A program made the translations under genes and the position numbers. Positions 1 to 9,001 of a DNA stretch of 17,274 nt are shown here, piece by piece. Below the pieces are notes generated by a model that was given only the letters and a program-made list of their open reading frames with translations, made no database searches and was not told the DNA's origin. Location of the stretch: positions 1 to 17,274 of the forward strand of contig JAAFKI010000108.1 in the NCBI GenBank assembly GCA_021399345.1, read 5' to 3'. This DNA is from Candidatus Heimdallarchaeota archaeon (lineage in GTDB: Archaea; Asgardarchaeota; Heimdallarchaeia; Heimdallarchaeales; Heimdallarchaeaceae). How positions within the stretch are numbered: the stretch's first letter is position 1; each line of letters opens with the position of its first letter.

Positions 1-43
1 GAGTTAAGATTGCGTAAAAAGACTAAAGAGTGGTTAGTACATA

Positions 44-115
44 ATTTTTCTCTTGCCAAGTTCTTCCGTCCCAGTGTGTCATACCTTTTGTTGCTACTCC
101 ATCTGGTTTCTTTCC
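44..115 (-). pseudogene. Orphan fragment homologous to the C-terminus of the lipid kinase at 729..1778
   Basis: Hand translation of the minus strand gives GKKPDGVATKGMTHWDGRTWQEKN versus the kinase end GVKPDGSPHGMTHWEGRTWQEKN. Exact DNA matches: 45-64 = 733-752 (20 nt) and 98-110 = 783-795 (13 nt). The frame is closed upstream by TGA at 145-143 and ends at TAG 25-23. Confidence 0.85.
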
Positions 116-323
116 TGCAGTATATGGTAAAAATGCTCCCTCTCACTCTGTTTTTTGCTGTTCTAAGCATTGGATATTCAATGTTATTGATAGGAATTGG
201 AATATAACAGAATAACTAGTAAAACCTGTAACATAACATGTTGTGTCAATGTTCAAGCATTTATACATAGGTAAAGCAATGAGAGAGATTGTACTAAATT
301 AATGAGAGGTAGAAAATATTGCT

Positions 324-677
324 TTAGCACATAGGTATTACTGCTATTCCTCCTAGTAATAATCCAGCTGAAATCAGTAAATTAGCTGAAGCTAGAAGGA
401 TAGCTTTCTTTGTATTAACATCAATATTCTTCCTTGAAATTACTGTATATCCATAGTTGAATAGATGTGTTATTCCAAATACTATAGGTGCAATTATCAG
501 ATCTATATCGTGATAACCACATGGATCAAGTCCAAAGTAATAATATGAAAATATCCAGGAGACAATTGAGATATAAATTTGTGCAAAAAGAAAAAGCCCT
601 ATTGCTTTTGATTTTTCATTGAGTTCTTTAGAAGAGGATGGAGTTTTCTTTGCATCTTGGCAATCTGTAACTGACAT
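324..677 (-). CDS. Small membrane protein, about 3 TM helices, unknown function
   Basis: 117-aa ORF with a polar N-terminus and three hydrophobic stretches. T/A-rich TATA-like box at ~710-702 before the ATG. Confidence 0.7.
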   Translation of the reverse strand: MSVTDCQDAKKTPSSSKELNEKSKAIGLFLFAQIYISIVSWIFSYYYFGLDPCGYHDIDLIIAPIVFGITHLFNYGYTVISRKNIDVNTKKAILLASANLLISAGLLLGGIAVIPMC

Positions 678-728
678 CTAATAGTTAAGCTACCAATTGA
701 AATTAAAAAAGATTTTGAAGAAGGAAAA

Positions 729-1778
729 CTAGTTTTTCTCTTGCCAAGTTCTACCTTCCCAATGGGTCATGCCATGAGGCGATCCATCTGGTTTCACACC
801 TTTCTCTAGTTCCTCCTCGGACAACCATTTTAATGAAGGATGTTCAGTGTTGTATAAGACATTGTATGCTTTAGGGAGAATAGTAGCAATTACATGTTTA
901 CTAATATCTTGGGGTTCCCATATCTCTCCATCATGTTCCATTGCAATAGGTTTTTCTAATTTTACTTCTATTTTTTTAGCCTGTGTATAAATAGTATTTT
1001 TCATATATTTGTGATCGCCTTTGTGAATTTTTTTAATACCAATAAGTGTCTGGAATTTAGACATGTTTTCTGTAATAAACACATCAAAGAAATCATTTTG
1101 TGGATGCCCATCAACACACACTAGCATTCCACCACCTAAAGCTTTGAAACCAATGGCTAGAAGCATTAGACGAAAATCAATAGGCTCACCATCATCCAAT
1201 ATAACTACCCCTGGTATTTGTTTAACAGAAACTAGCTTCTTAATTGCTAGAAGTGTATATTTGAATGGACCTGTCATCCAACTCATTTCTCCTCTAGCAT
1301 TAGCAATATTAACTAATGAAGAAATTCCAAAATCAAGACAATTTCCAAAGAAACATGAACCACCAGTATCTGGTTGTTCTAATTTACCTGCAGAGGCAGG
1401 AGAGACTTTTGTTTTATTTAAGAGTGTATTAATTGCATTTTCAGGGTTCCAAGGCAGACCCAAAAATGTACTATAATCGTTTCCAGTTCCGAATGGAAGA
1501 ACGCCAAACGCTACAGTTTTTCGTTTTTGTTCCGATAGTTGCATCAGTCCATTTACAGCTTCATTGACTACTCCATCACCACTTGCAACAATAATTCTAT
1601 TAAAACCATCATTAACTGCTTTCTTGACTCTCTCCATACCCTCTTTTGTTGCAGTTGTGAATTCAACATCATAATCTATTCCACTTTTTGCTACAATGGG
1701 TTCAGCTTTTTCCCACCTTTTAACACAAAGAGTTGATCCTGCATTTGGGTTAATTATAAATTTCCATTTTAAAGCCAT
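729..1778 (-). CDS. Diacylglycerol/lipid kinase family protein (YegS/BmrU/DgkB-like)
   Basis: Motifs IINPNAG, SGDGVVNEAVNGL (variant of GGDGT), LPFGTGNDY and EHDGE. Confidence 0.92.
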   Translation of the reverse strand: MALKWKFIINPNAGSTLCVKRWEKAEPIVAKSGIDYDVEFTTATKEGMERVKKAVNDGFNRIIVASGDGVVNEAVNGLMQLSEQKRKTVAFGVLPFGTGNDYSTFLGLPWNPENAINTLLNKTKVSPASAGKLEQPDTGGSCFFGNCLDFGISSLVNIANARGEMSWMTGPFKYTLLAIKKLVSVKQIPGVVILDDGEPIDFRLMLLAIGFKALGGGMLVCVDGHPQNDFFDVFITENMSKFQTLIGIKKIHKGDHKYMKNTIYTQAKKIEVKLEKPIAMEHDGEIWEPQDISKHVIATILPKAYNVLYNTEHPSLKWLSEEELEKGVKPDGSPHGMTHWEGRTWQEKN

Positions 1779-1802
1779 GAGAGCTAGTTAAAATGAAGTT
1801 AC

Positions 1803-1810
1803 ATATAAAG
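1803..1810 (-). promoter_or_regulatory. Archaeal TATA box of the kinase gene (probably leaderless)
   Basis: Minus strand CTTTATAT 25-32 nt upstream of ATG 1778, with no SD motif. Confidence 0.55.
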
Positions 1811-1907
1811 TCTTTAGTGTTATATTAGCAAAGAATATTGTTTAAGAAATTTTCGTAAGATTGTAATAATTATATAGCTCAAAAACTGTTATCACTTAGG
1901 AATTAAG

Positions 1908-3341
1908 ATGCTTACAAAGTACGACATAATCATATTGGGAGGAGGTACAACTGGGTTGGTTGCTTCTAAATATGCTGTTTTATTAGGGGCGAAAACACTT
2001 GTAATAGAAGCAGATAGAATTGGGGGAGATTGTACATGGACAGGTTGTGTTCCTAGTAAATCATTAGTATTTGCTTTATCTCTAGTTAAAAAAACTGCAG
2101 AAGCAGTAGATTTAGGGTTTATTGATGCTGATTATAAGGTTAAATTTAACGCTGTTAAAGACTATATCAGCAAAACAGTAAATGACATCTATGAGGAAGA
2201 AAAACCAGAAGTTCTTCAAAGAGAGGGAGTTGATGTATTGATTGGTGAAGCTCACTTCATTTCTTCAAAGGAAGTTGAAGTAGATGGTCAAAGATTTAGA
2301 GCTAAAAAATTCATTATAGCTACAGGAGCAAAACCAGTAATTCCACGCAAGTATATTGATGGACTAGATGATGTACCATATCTTACTTCTGATTCTATTT
2401 TTGGGATTCCTGAACTTCCTAAACATCTACTTATTTTAGGAGCTGGACCTATAGGTTGTGAACTTAGTCAAGCTTTCAGGAGATTAGGCTCAGAAGTTAC
2501 TCTAATAGATATGATGGAGAACATCTTACCTCGTGAACATGAAGAAGTTAGTTCTGAGTTAGAGTTAATTCTAAAAGCAGAAGGTATTCGATTGGCCTTG
2601 GGAGATCCTGTGAAAAAGGTTAAACAAAATGCGAAGGGTGAAATAGAAGTTTATACAAAAACAGGAAATAAGCTTATAGGGTCAGATCTACTTATCGCTG
2701 TTGGCAGAGAACCAGCAATTGAAAAATTAGGTTTGGAAAAAGCTGGTGTTAAGGTTTCTAATAATAAAATCGTTTTAGATAAATATCTACGAACCTCTAA
2801 GAAACACATTTATGCAGCAGGAGATTGTGTAACCCAATACAAATTCACCCACATTGCAGGATATCAAGGTTACATAGCTGTTCGTAATGCCTTGTTACCC
2901 TTTAATAGCAAAGGAATGCCTAAATATATCTCTTGGACAACCTTTACTGACCCAGAAATTGCATTTGCTGGAGAAACTGACAAAATTAACTCAATCATTA
3001 GAGATGAGTTTGAGAAGCATACTTTAACTAACAATCAAATTGATAGAGCAAGAACGGATAACCAAGTAGATGGATTTATCCAAATATATTCTTCAACAAA
3101 AGGGAAAATCATTGGTGCATCTATTGTCTCTTCTAGAGCTGGTGAATTGATACATGAGTTTTTACTAGCAATGCTAAATAAGACAAGTATTTCAAAAATA
3201 GCTAAGATGGTTCATTCTTATCCAACATATTCAATGGGAAACATGCAACTAGCAGGAAATATTGTAGAAAAGAATATTTTTCAAAGTTATCTGGGTGGAT
3301 TCTTAAAGAAAATTTCAAGAATTTATAGATCATATAAGTGA
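1908..3341 (+). CDS. Class-I pyridine nucleotide-disulfide oxidoreductase (dihydrolipoamide dehydrogenase/mercuric reductase-like)
   Basis: FAD-binding GGGTTG, redox disulfide GGDCTWTGCVPSK, IIATGA, NAD-binding GAGPIGCE, AAGDC and C-terminal HSYPTYS. Confidence 0.93.
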   Translation: MLTKYDIIILGGGTTGLVASKYAVLLGAKTLVIEADRIGGDCTWTGCVPSKSLVFALSLVKKTAEAVDLGFIDADYKVKFNAVKDYISKTVNDIYEEEKPEVLQREGVDVLIGEAHFISSKEVEVDGQRFRAKKFIIATGAKPVIPRKYIDGLDDVPYLTSDSIFGIPELPKHLLILGAGPIGCELSQAFRRLGSEVTLIDMMENILPREHEEVSSELELILKAEGIRLALGDPVKKVKQNAKGEIEVYTKTGNKLIGSDLLIAVGREPAIEKLGLEKAGVKVSNNKIVLDKYLRTSKKHIYAAGDCVTQYKFTHIAGYQGYIAVRNALLPFNSKGMPKYISWTTFTDPEIAFAGETDKINSIIRDEFEKHTLTNNQIDRARTDNQVDGFIQIYSSTKGKIIGASIVSSRAGELIHEFLLAMLNKTSISKIAKMVHSYPTYSMGNMQLAGNIVEKNIFQSYLGGFLKKISRIYRSYK

Positions 3342-3346
3342 TTTAA

Positions 3347-3535
3347 TTATTCTAAAGGCCACCTCTTCTCGACTAGAGGAGTATCACATTTCCTACAGAC
3401 ATTTTGTTTAAATTGAGGATAGCCAAATTTGTCAAGTCCATTTTCAATTTTTGTCGCTTGAGTACAGATAAAATCAAAATTGCACTTTGGGCAATGAAAA
3501 TATGTGTTAGGTTTATTTATCATTGGTGAAATCAT
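3347..3535 (-). CDS. Small zinc-ribbon protein (CPKC...CRKC)
   Basis: Two CxxC motifs. The track ORF starts at 3619, but ATG 3535 (or 3523) fits a weak TATA-like CAATAAAG at 3564-3557. Start is uncertain. Confidence 0.6.
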   Translation of the reverse strand: MISPMINKPNTYFHCPKCNFDFICTQATKIENGLDKFGYPQFKQNVCRKCDTPLVEKRWPLE

Positions 3536-3660
3536 CTGTCGAGGGCATGTAGACCCCTTTATTGCTTTAGAACAGTCGCAAACTAGATGATTTCCTAAGA
3601 TAGTCATGAGTAGAAACAAAATGAACCCATTAAAAAATTTTGGATATAGAGAAAAGTAAC

Positions 3661-3671
3661 AAAAAAAGAAA
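3661..3671 (-). terminator. Oligo-T terminator-like tract after 3680..4147
   Basis: Minus strand TTTCTTTTTTT just downstream of the stop codon. Confidence 0.4.
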
Positions 3672-3679
3672 CAAGAGTG

Positions 3680-4147
3680 TTAAGGTAAATTGATGAGAAT
3701 ATCATCCAGCTCTTGTTGTAAGAAATTCAGAGGTATTCCTATATATATTGGTGTAGCTGTAAGTTCAGCAACCAATGCAATTGAATTTCCATCTGTGATA
3801 TAAGCTATTATATCCATCTCAAAGACAATCGTGAAATTAACTTCTTGCGATGTACCCAGTTTTACAGTCACCTGTAAGGGATCACCAAAGACCTCTGTTC
3901 CATTCATTAAAATTATATCAATTCTTGCTGATTTTGGCATATAACCTAGCTTAGGAGTCGTTACAGTTGCTGTAACAGCTACTGAACTATTATCAGAAGC
4001 TAATGCTATAGTAGGAGTTGACAAAGAGAAAGCTCCAGGATTGTCTTGGAAAGCCTTATAGCTCAAATAGACGTCAATTCCAATAACAGCTGCTCCAGCC
4101 AAAATCAAAACAAAGATTACTAGAAATACTTTTGTTCCAGTTCTCAT
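3680..4147 (-). CDS. Membrane-anchored protein with one N-terminal TM and a beta-rich (possibly LEA_2/Ig-like) domain
   Basis: MRTGTK followed by a hydrophobic helix, then alternating beta-strand patterns. TTTATAA at 4177-4171 upstream. Confidence 0.75.
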   Translation of the reverse strand: MRTGTKVFLVIFVLILAGAAVIGIDVYLSYKAFQDNPGAFSLSTPTIALASDNSSVAVTATVTTPKLGYMPKSARIDIILMNGTEVFGDPLQVTVKLGTSQEVNFTIVFEMDIIAYITDGNSIALVAELTATPIYIGIPLNFLQQELDDILINLP

Positions 4148-4236
4148 AGATGGTTAAGGACTTACCAATATTATAAACGTTTGCAGTCAACAAAAACTCA
4201 AGAATTACAACTGTTTTAGATGGTTGCCAACTAAAT

Positions 4237-4244
4237 TTTATATA
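4237..4244 (+). promoter_or_regulatory. TATA box of the first DegV gene; divergent partner TATA at 4177-4171
   Basis: TTTATATA 23-30 nt before ATG 4267. Confidence 0.55.
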
Positions 4245-4266
4245 TTACTCAACAGAGCTAGACTTT

Positions 4267-5142
4267 ATGACAAAAAATTTTGGGATTGTTACTGACTCTG
4301 GAGCTGATTTCAGTTTAGAGTATCAAAAAAAGAATGAAATTATGCTCATTCCAACCAGAATTATGATTGATGACATAGAATATATTGACCGTCAGAATAT
4401 AACAAGAGACGAAATAATTGAAAAGATGATCAAAGATAAAGCCAAAACCTCAACATCAGTAGCTTCCCCTGCGGATTTTCATCAGGTAATTTCCGATTCA
4501 CTTGAGAAGTATGACAAAGTACTCTACATTGGAATAAGTACTAGGATGTCTGCTACTATACAAAATGCTGTATTAACTGCTAAAAAGCTAAAAACTGATA
4601 ACTTTATTGTTTTTGATACAGAAACAGTATCTTGGGGTATGACATTATTACTTGACCATGCAGTAAGAAGAAGAAATCAAAGTGTCTCTTTAAACAAAGT
4701 TATCGAAGAACTTGAACAAATGAAATCCAACATTAATATTTTCTTTATGGTAGATACACTAGAATATCTAAGAAGAGGGGGAAGAATAGGAGCTGCTAAA
4801 AGTCTTCTTGGAACATTAATTGGTGCTAAGCCTATGCTAACTGTTAAGGATGGAGAAATATCCGCAGTTGATACAGTCAAAAGCTTCGAAGCTGGAATGG
4901 CATATTTCAAGGACATAATAGAAGAGAAAAGCATAGAATTCAGGAATTATGTAATTACTATGATTTATGGTCTAGATACAACAGAATTCAAAGGATTTTC
5001 AGCAGAAATTGAAGAGCAATTTAAGCCTTTACTTTTCCATTACGAAGCTATCGGTGCAAACATTATAAGTCATGCAGGACCAAAATTATTTGGATTTGGG
5101 ATCATTAAGATTCCTGATGATACGGTAGATGCTTACAAATAA
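4267..5142 (+). CDS. degV: DegV/FakB family fatty-acid-binding protein (paralogue 1)
   Basis: IVTDSGAD, TSTSVASP, ISTRMSAT, LEYLRRGGRIG, AKPML and ISHAGP are DegV hallmarks. Confidence 0.93.
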   Translation: MTKNFGIVTDSGADFSLEYQKKNEIMLIPTRIMIDDIEYIDRQNITRDEIIEKMIKDKAKTSTSVASPADFHQVISDSLEKYDKVLYIGISTRMSATIQNAVLTAKKLKTDNFIVFDTETVSWGMTLLLDHAVRRRNQSVSLNKVIEELEQMKSNINIFFMVDTLEYLRRGGRIGAAKSLLGTLIGAKPMLTVKDGEISAVDTVKSFEAGMAYFKDIIEEKSIEFRNYVITMIYGLDTTEFKGFSAEIEEQFKPLLFHYEAIGANIISHAGPKLFGFGIIKIPDDTVDAYK

Positions 5143-5150
5143 TAATTAAA

Positions 5151-5180
5151 ATGATAACTGAAACATCAGCTATTATTTTT
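5151..5180 (+). terminator. Imperfect hairpin plus T-run after degV1
   Basis: ATGATAACTGA-aaca-TCAGCTATTAT (one G.U pair, one mismatch) followed by TTTT. Confidence 0.3.
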
Positions 5181-5218
5181 AAGAAAAATTTTAAAAGCAT
5201 TTCTCTTTCCTATTTCTA

Positions 5219-6637
5219 ATGGATGGTTTAAAGCCTCGATTTGCTCATTTCAAAAAGAAAATCCAAATGAATAAAAGAGAATTATTCATCAGAATTTGTC
5301 TAATTCTGGCTTTATTTATCATCTCCGCTTTGATACAACATTTTGTATCAAGTTGGTTCCTAAAAATTAATGGTGGTTCTTTAGAATATTTTCATGAATC
5401 GGGTGTTTACTGGGAAGCTGTAAGTGATGCCAAAGTGTATTATGAACCTTACCTTCTGGCATTTCGTGAAGGAAATTGGGATATCTATCAACCAGGACAA
5501 GAACTTCCGTTAAAAGGATATTATTATGGCCCTTATTTTGCTTATTTCCTAGCTTTTATTTCTCTTTTTGTAGATTTATTTACTAATGCATCTGAAGCTT
5601 TTGTTGTTGAACAAACTGTTAGGATAGCCCCTTTTCTGTTTGATGCTTTTTCTACCGTAATGATATTTCTAATTATCGATGGAAAATTAAGTAAATCCAA
5701 AAAATCTAGGAAACGAACATTTATTGCTATCTGTGTTGCTTTATGCTATAATTTTATGCCTATTGTTTTATTATATAATGGCGTTTTAGGACTTAATTCA
5801 TACATGTTTACTTCTTTAACCCTACTTTCGCTTTATTTCTTTGAAAAGAAAAAACCTATGGCAGCTGGATCTATTTTGACTTTATCCTTTCTCACTAAAC
5901 AGATGTCTCTTTTCTTCCTTCCAATTTGGTTTCTAATTTTAGTTAGGAATGATATAGAAGAAAGTATAAAATTCCTAATGGCATTTTTCTTATCATTTAT
6001 ACTCTTATCTCTTCCTTGGATTTTCAAACATCCCACTTATTATATTGGCGTTCTTCTCGGTCAAGGTTATTCAGGTATAACACATTTCACAATTAGTCAG
6101 GAATATATACTATTTTCAACAACTCCTTTTCACACACTCCTTCTCATAGGTGCTGACAAACTAGCATATGCGTACTATATTCTTAACAAAATTTATATTC
6201 CTTTCATAGTTTTCTCTTTGATTTTTTATAGAATTGCATTAATCAAAGGAGATCATTTAATAGATAATAGAAAATCATTTTTCACCTTTAATGCAATTTA
6301 TATCATAGGTATACACATGTTCATTTCTCGTGGTGTTTACAAAAATTACTATACTTTTCTCATTCCCTTTATTCTTATAGCTCTGGCTGAATGGATAACG
6401 AAAATCAAAAGAAACTGGATGAGTATTGTCCTTTTGATTTCAATGCTTTTTTGGTTAATTGGGGTGAATATTCTCATTATCTGGTTATCAAAATATATTC
6501 ACACGATACTTTTAACTTTATTTTGGGTTCCACTTTTCATCACTTATAACAAGGAAATGCATTTAGCGTTGTTTCTAAAGGAAAATTATGAGAAGACAAC
6601 AAATTACTTCAAGAGAATCTTACATATAATTAAATAA
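5219..6637 (+). CDS. Polytopic membrane protein, likely GT-C glycosyltransferase (GT87/DUF2029/PIG-M-like)
   Basis: About 10-12 TM segments, an acidic first loop (SDAKVYY), YYYGPYF and LTKQ motifs typical of GT-C enzymes. TTTTAAAA at 5189-5196. Confidence 0.7.
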   Translation: MDGLKPRFAHFKKKIQMNKRELFIRICLILALFIISALIQHFVSSWFLKINGGSLEYFHESGVYWEAVSDAKVYYEPYLLAFREGNWDIYQPGQELPLKGYYYGPYFAYFLAFISLFVDLFTNASEAFVVEQTVRIAPFLFDAFSTVMIFLIIDGKLSKSKKSRKRTFIAICVALCYNFMPIVLLYNGVLGLNSYMFTSLTLLSLYFFEKKKPMAAGSILTLSFLTKQMSLFFLPIWFLILVRNDIEESIKFLMAFFLSFILLSLPWIFKHPTYYIGVLLGQGYSGITHFTISQEYILFSTTPFHTLLLIGADKLAYAYYILNKIYIPFIVFSLIFYRIALIKGDHLIDNRKSFFTFNAIYIIGIHMFISRGVYKNYYTFLIPFILIALAEWITKIKRNWMSIVLLISMLFWLIGVNILIIWLSKYIHTILLTLFWVPLFITYNKEMHLALFLKENYEKTTNYFKRILHIIK

Positions 6638-6694
6638 AAAATCTCTTTTTCTATTTTTAACAAATTATATAATCTCATGAAATAATGTCACTAC

Positions 6695-7234
6695 ATGAAG
6701 GAAGAACATCTGAGTACAATAAATGAATCTACACTATCAATGTCAAGATTAAACAAGATTCTGAACTTATTACTTGATGAAATCACACAAATGGAGGATT
6801 TCGAACGAGATCAACCTTTATCGTGGAGTATGAAGCATATGTTTACCTGTTCTCAAATTTCTAAGCTAATTGCTGCATCTAGAGGATTAGATATAGAGAT
6901 AGCAGGAATAGCAGGTGCTATTCATGATCTGTTCTTAATTCGTACAGGTATTTTTGAAGACCATGCATCTAAAGGGGGACCTCTTGTGAAAGACTTCTTG
7001 AATAAATTCAACCAAACCTTTGGTAAAGAATTAGGGTGCCTTTCTGAAAAAGAAATAGAAATCGTTTATCAAGCTACAATTCTCCATACAGACAAAACAA
7101 ATTACACAAAAGACGAAATTGCAGAATTAACAAAAGATGCAGACGCCTTAGACAGATTTCTTCATGGTAAAGACATACCAAAACACTATGTTCCTCGTTA
7201 TAAAGCTGCTTTGAAAGATTTGAAACTTCTTTAA
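6695..7234 (+). CDS. HD-domain metal-dependent phosphohydrolase
   Basis: H...AIHD...DHA...H...DADALD pattern. TTATATAA at 6665-6672. Confidence 0.88.
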   Translation: MKEEHLSTINESTLSMSRLNKILNLLLDEITQMEDFERDQPLSWSMKHMFTCSQISKLIAASRGLDIEIAGIAGAIHDLFLIRTGIFEDHASKGGPLVKDFLNKFNQTFGKELGCLSEKEIEIVYQATILHTDKTNYTKDEIAELTKDADALDRFLHGKDIPKHYVPRYKAALKDLKLL

Positions 7235-7241
7235 ATATTTA

Positions 7242-8063
7242 TTACTCGTCATCACTTGGATCTATAGAATATAAATCATTAGAAGGCATAGCAACTGTTT
7301 CAAAGACCAATTCTTCCGTTTCCCCGCCTGTACTTATTCGTCTATCTTTCGTAAGAATCCAGATTATGAAAAGAAATGGTGTACCTGAATTAAACTCAAT
7401 TAGACTATTAAAAACAAGGACTGATAACAAATCTTGGGCTGGTCTAATTCCTGCAGATAATAGAGAGATTTCCATCCCAAAATGAACAACAAAACCAATT
7501 AAAAATAGAAATCCAATCTTCTTCCAAGTCACAGATTTGAAGGGTTTCCAAATATATTTGAAAAGAATAATTGCTGAAAAACCACCTAGAGCCATTCCTA
7601 TTTGTAACCATCTTCCTGAAGTCATTTCTCTTACTATAAACACAGTATTATCAGCTAAAGGTAGAACCTTAGGGAAGAAAGCTACAAAGAACCAACCTAT
7701 GTAAAGAAACATAGTCCAGTATAGCATCTTTCGCCATCCTTTTGCACTTAACATCACAGCAACAAAGCTGAATTCAATCATTCCATATGTGAAAGAGAAG
7801 TAAATTAAGAATAATAATGGTCCCCAACCACCAGGCAGATTTTCAAAAAAATCAGGCAATTCACTTAAGATGCGCATAGGGGGATCTTTAACTGTGTACC
7901 ATAAGACATAGTCGAATAGAAAAACCACTACAGCTCCAAATAGACCAAACAACCATTGAAGAATGTATTTTTTACGTATCAGAAAAGCCATCCATATAAC
8001 ACAGAAAATGATGTCCAAAATTATAAATTCAGCACCGAATGTTCTTGTTACACTATGGACCAT
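7242..8063 (-). CDS. Integral membrane protein (about 7-8 TM), unknown function
   Basis: 273-aa ORF with repeated hydrophobic helices and an acidic C-terminal tail. TTTAAG at 8093-8088. Confidence 0.8.
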   Translation of the reverse strand: MVHSVTRTFGAEFIILDIIFCVIWMAFLIRKKYILQWLFGLFGAVVVFLFDYVLWYTVKDPPMRILSELPDFFENLPGGWGPLLFLIYFSFTYGMIEFSFVAVMLSAKGWRKMLYWTMFLYIGWFFVAFFPKVLPLADNTVFIVREMTSGRWLQIGMALGGFSAIILFKYIWKPFKSVTWKKIGFLFLIGFVVHFGMEISLLSAGIRPAQDLLSVLVFNSLIEFNSGTPFLFIIWILTKDRRISTGGETEELVFETVAMPSNDLYSIDPSDDE

Positions 8064-8106
8064 GAAGTTGTGGAAGTTGAAGTTTTTCTTAAATCTTTTG
8101 TGATTA

Positions 8107-8913
8107 TTATATGAAATTTTTAATTAGAAAATCTGCCCATGATGCAGGTAAATATTCAAGAAATCCTCTTTGTATATTGTTCTTCACTTTATAGCGCAAT
8201 TTAGGTTTCTTCTTGTGAACAGCTTTATACACTTTCTTAGCTACAAAAATTGGATCAGCATATCTTTCAGTTTCTAATACTTTCCACACTCTAGAAATCA
8301 CTTCTTTAAAATCAGAATTCTCCATATATTTTTGATAATTTTTCACCGTAGCTTCTGGAAGACTTGTTCTAATCGCTCCTGGTTGAATAATTACAACATT
8401 CATATCCAGAAACTGAAATTCACGTCTTAAAGAATCTGAAAAAGCTTCTATAGCATATTTTGACATTGAATATGGTCCATTAAACGGAAAGGCTATTCTT
8501 CCTACCTCAGAACTCATATTAACAACTCTACCTTTCTTAGTTTTTAATAAAGGATAAAATGATTGAGTAACTCTTAGATAACCCAGAACGTTCACATCAA
8601 ACAGTTTTTGAATATCCTTGAAATCAACTTCGACTAAAGGACCACCAACAAATAATCCTGCATTATTGACTAGACAATCAATACCATCAACCAATTTTTC
8701 TACTTCATCAACTGCTTTCTGAATACTATCTTGATTGGTTACATCCATTTCTATAGTACGAATTTTATCATTGGAATTATACTTCAGTAAACCCTCAGAA
8801 TCGTAGTCTGTAGCAACAACAATATCACCTTTTTGACACAAATACTCAGTAATAGCTTGACCTATCCCATGAGCTGCACCTGTCACTAGAACAACCTTTG
8901 ATTTCCCTTTCAT
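8107..8913 (-). CDS. Classical short-chain dehydrogenase/reductase (17beta-HSD/RDH-like)
   Basis: TGAAHGIG, NNAG, catalytic S...YSMSK and IQPG. Confidence 0.95.
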   Translation of the reverse strand: MKGKSKVVLVTGAAHGIGQAITEYLCQKGDIVVATDYDSEGLLKYNSNDKIRTIEMDVTNQDSIQKAVDEVEKLVDGIDCLVNNAGLFVGGPLVEVDFKDIQKLFDVNVLGYLRVTQSFYPLLKTKKGRVVNMSSEVGRIAFPFNGPYSMSKYAIEAFSDSLRREFQFLDMNVVIIQPGAIRTSLPEATVKNYQKYMENSDFKEVISRVWKVLETERYADPIFVAKKVYKAVHKKKPKLRYKVKNNIQRGFLEYLPASWADFLIKNFI

Positions 8914-9001
8914 TCAAATCAGTAAACTTTCTGAATTACGACTTCATTATAAATTTAATGCCTATATTCAGGAATTATGGTTTTCTCGAGATCTCTTTAG
9001 C

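Noticed and set aside
10-207. 65-aa plus-strand ORF
   Set aside because: TTG start, no motif, and antisense to the kinase-tail relic, which explains part of the sequence better.
23-268. Possible selenoprotein or readthrough ORF: ATG 268, in-frame TGA 145-143, TAG 25-23
   Set aside because: The part upstream of the TGA has no kinase similarity or redox-motif context, and no SECIS-like structure was seen.
1063-1736. Plus-strand ORFs 1063..1476 and 1539..1736
   Set aside because: Antisense shadows of the kinase gene.
1908-3341. merA or lpdA gene symbol
   Set aside because: Lacks the MerA C-terminal Cys pair and the canonical LpdA HPTxxE motif and context.
4677-6036. Minus-strand ORFs 4677..4934 and 5833..6036
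   Set aside because: Antisense shadows within degV1 and the GT-C gene.
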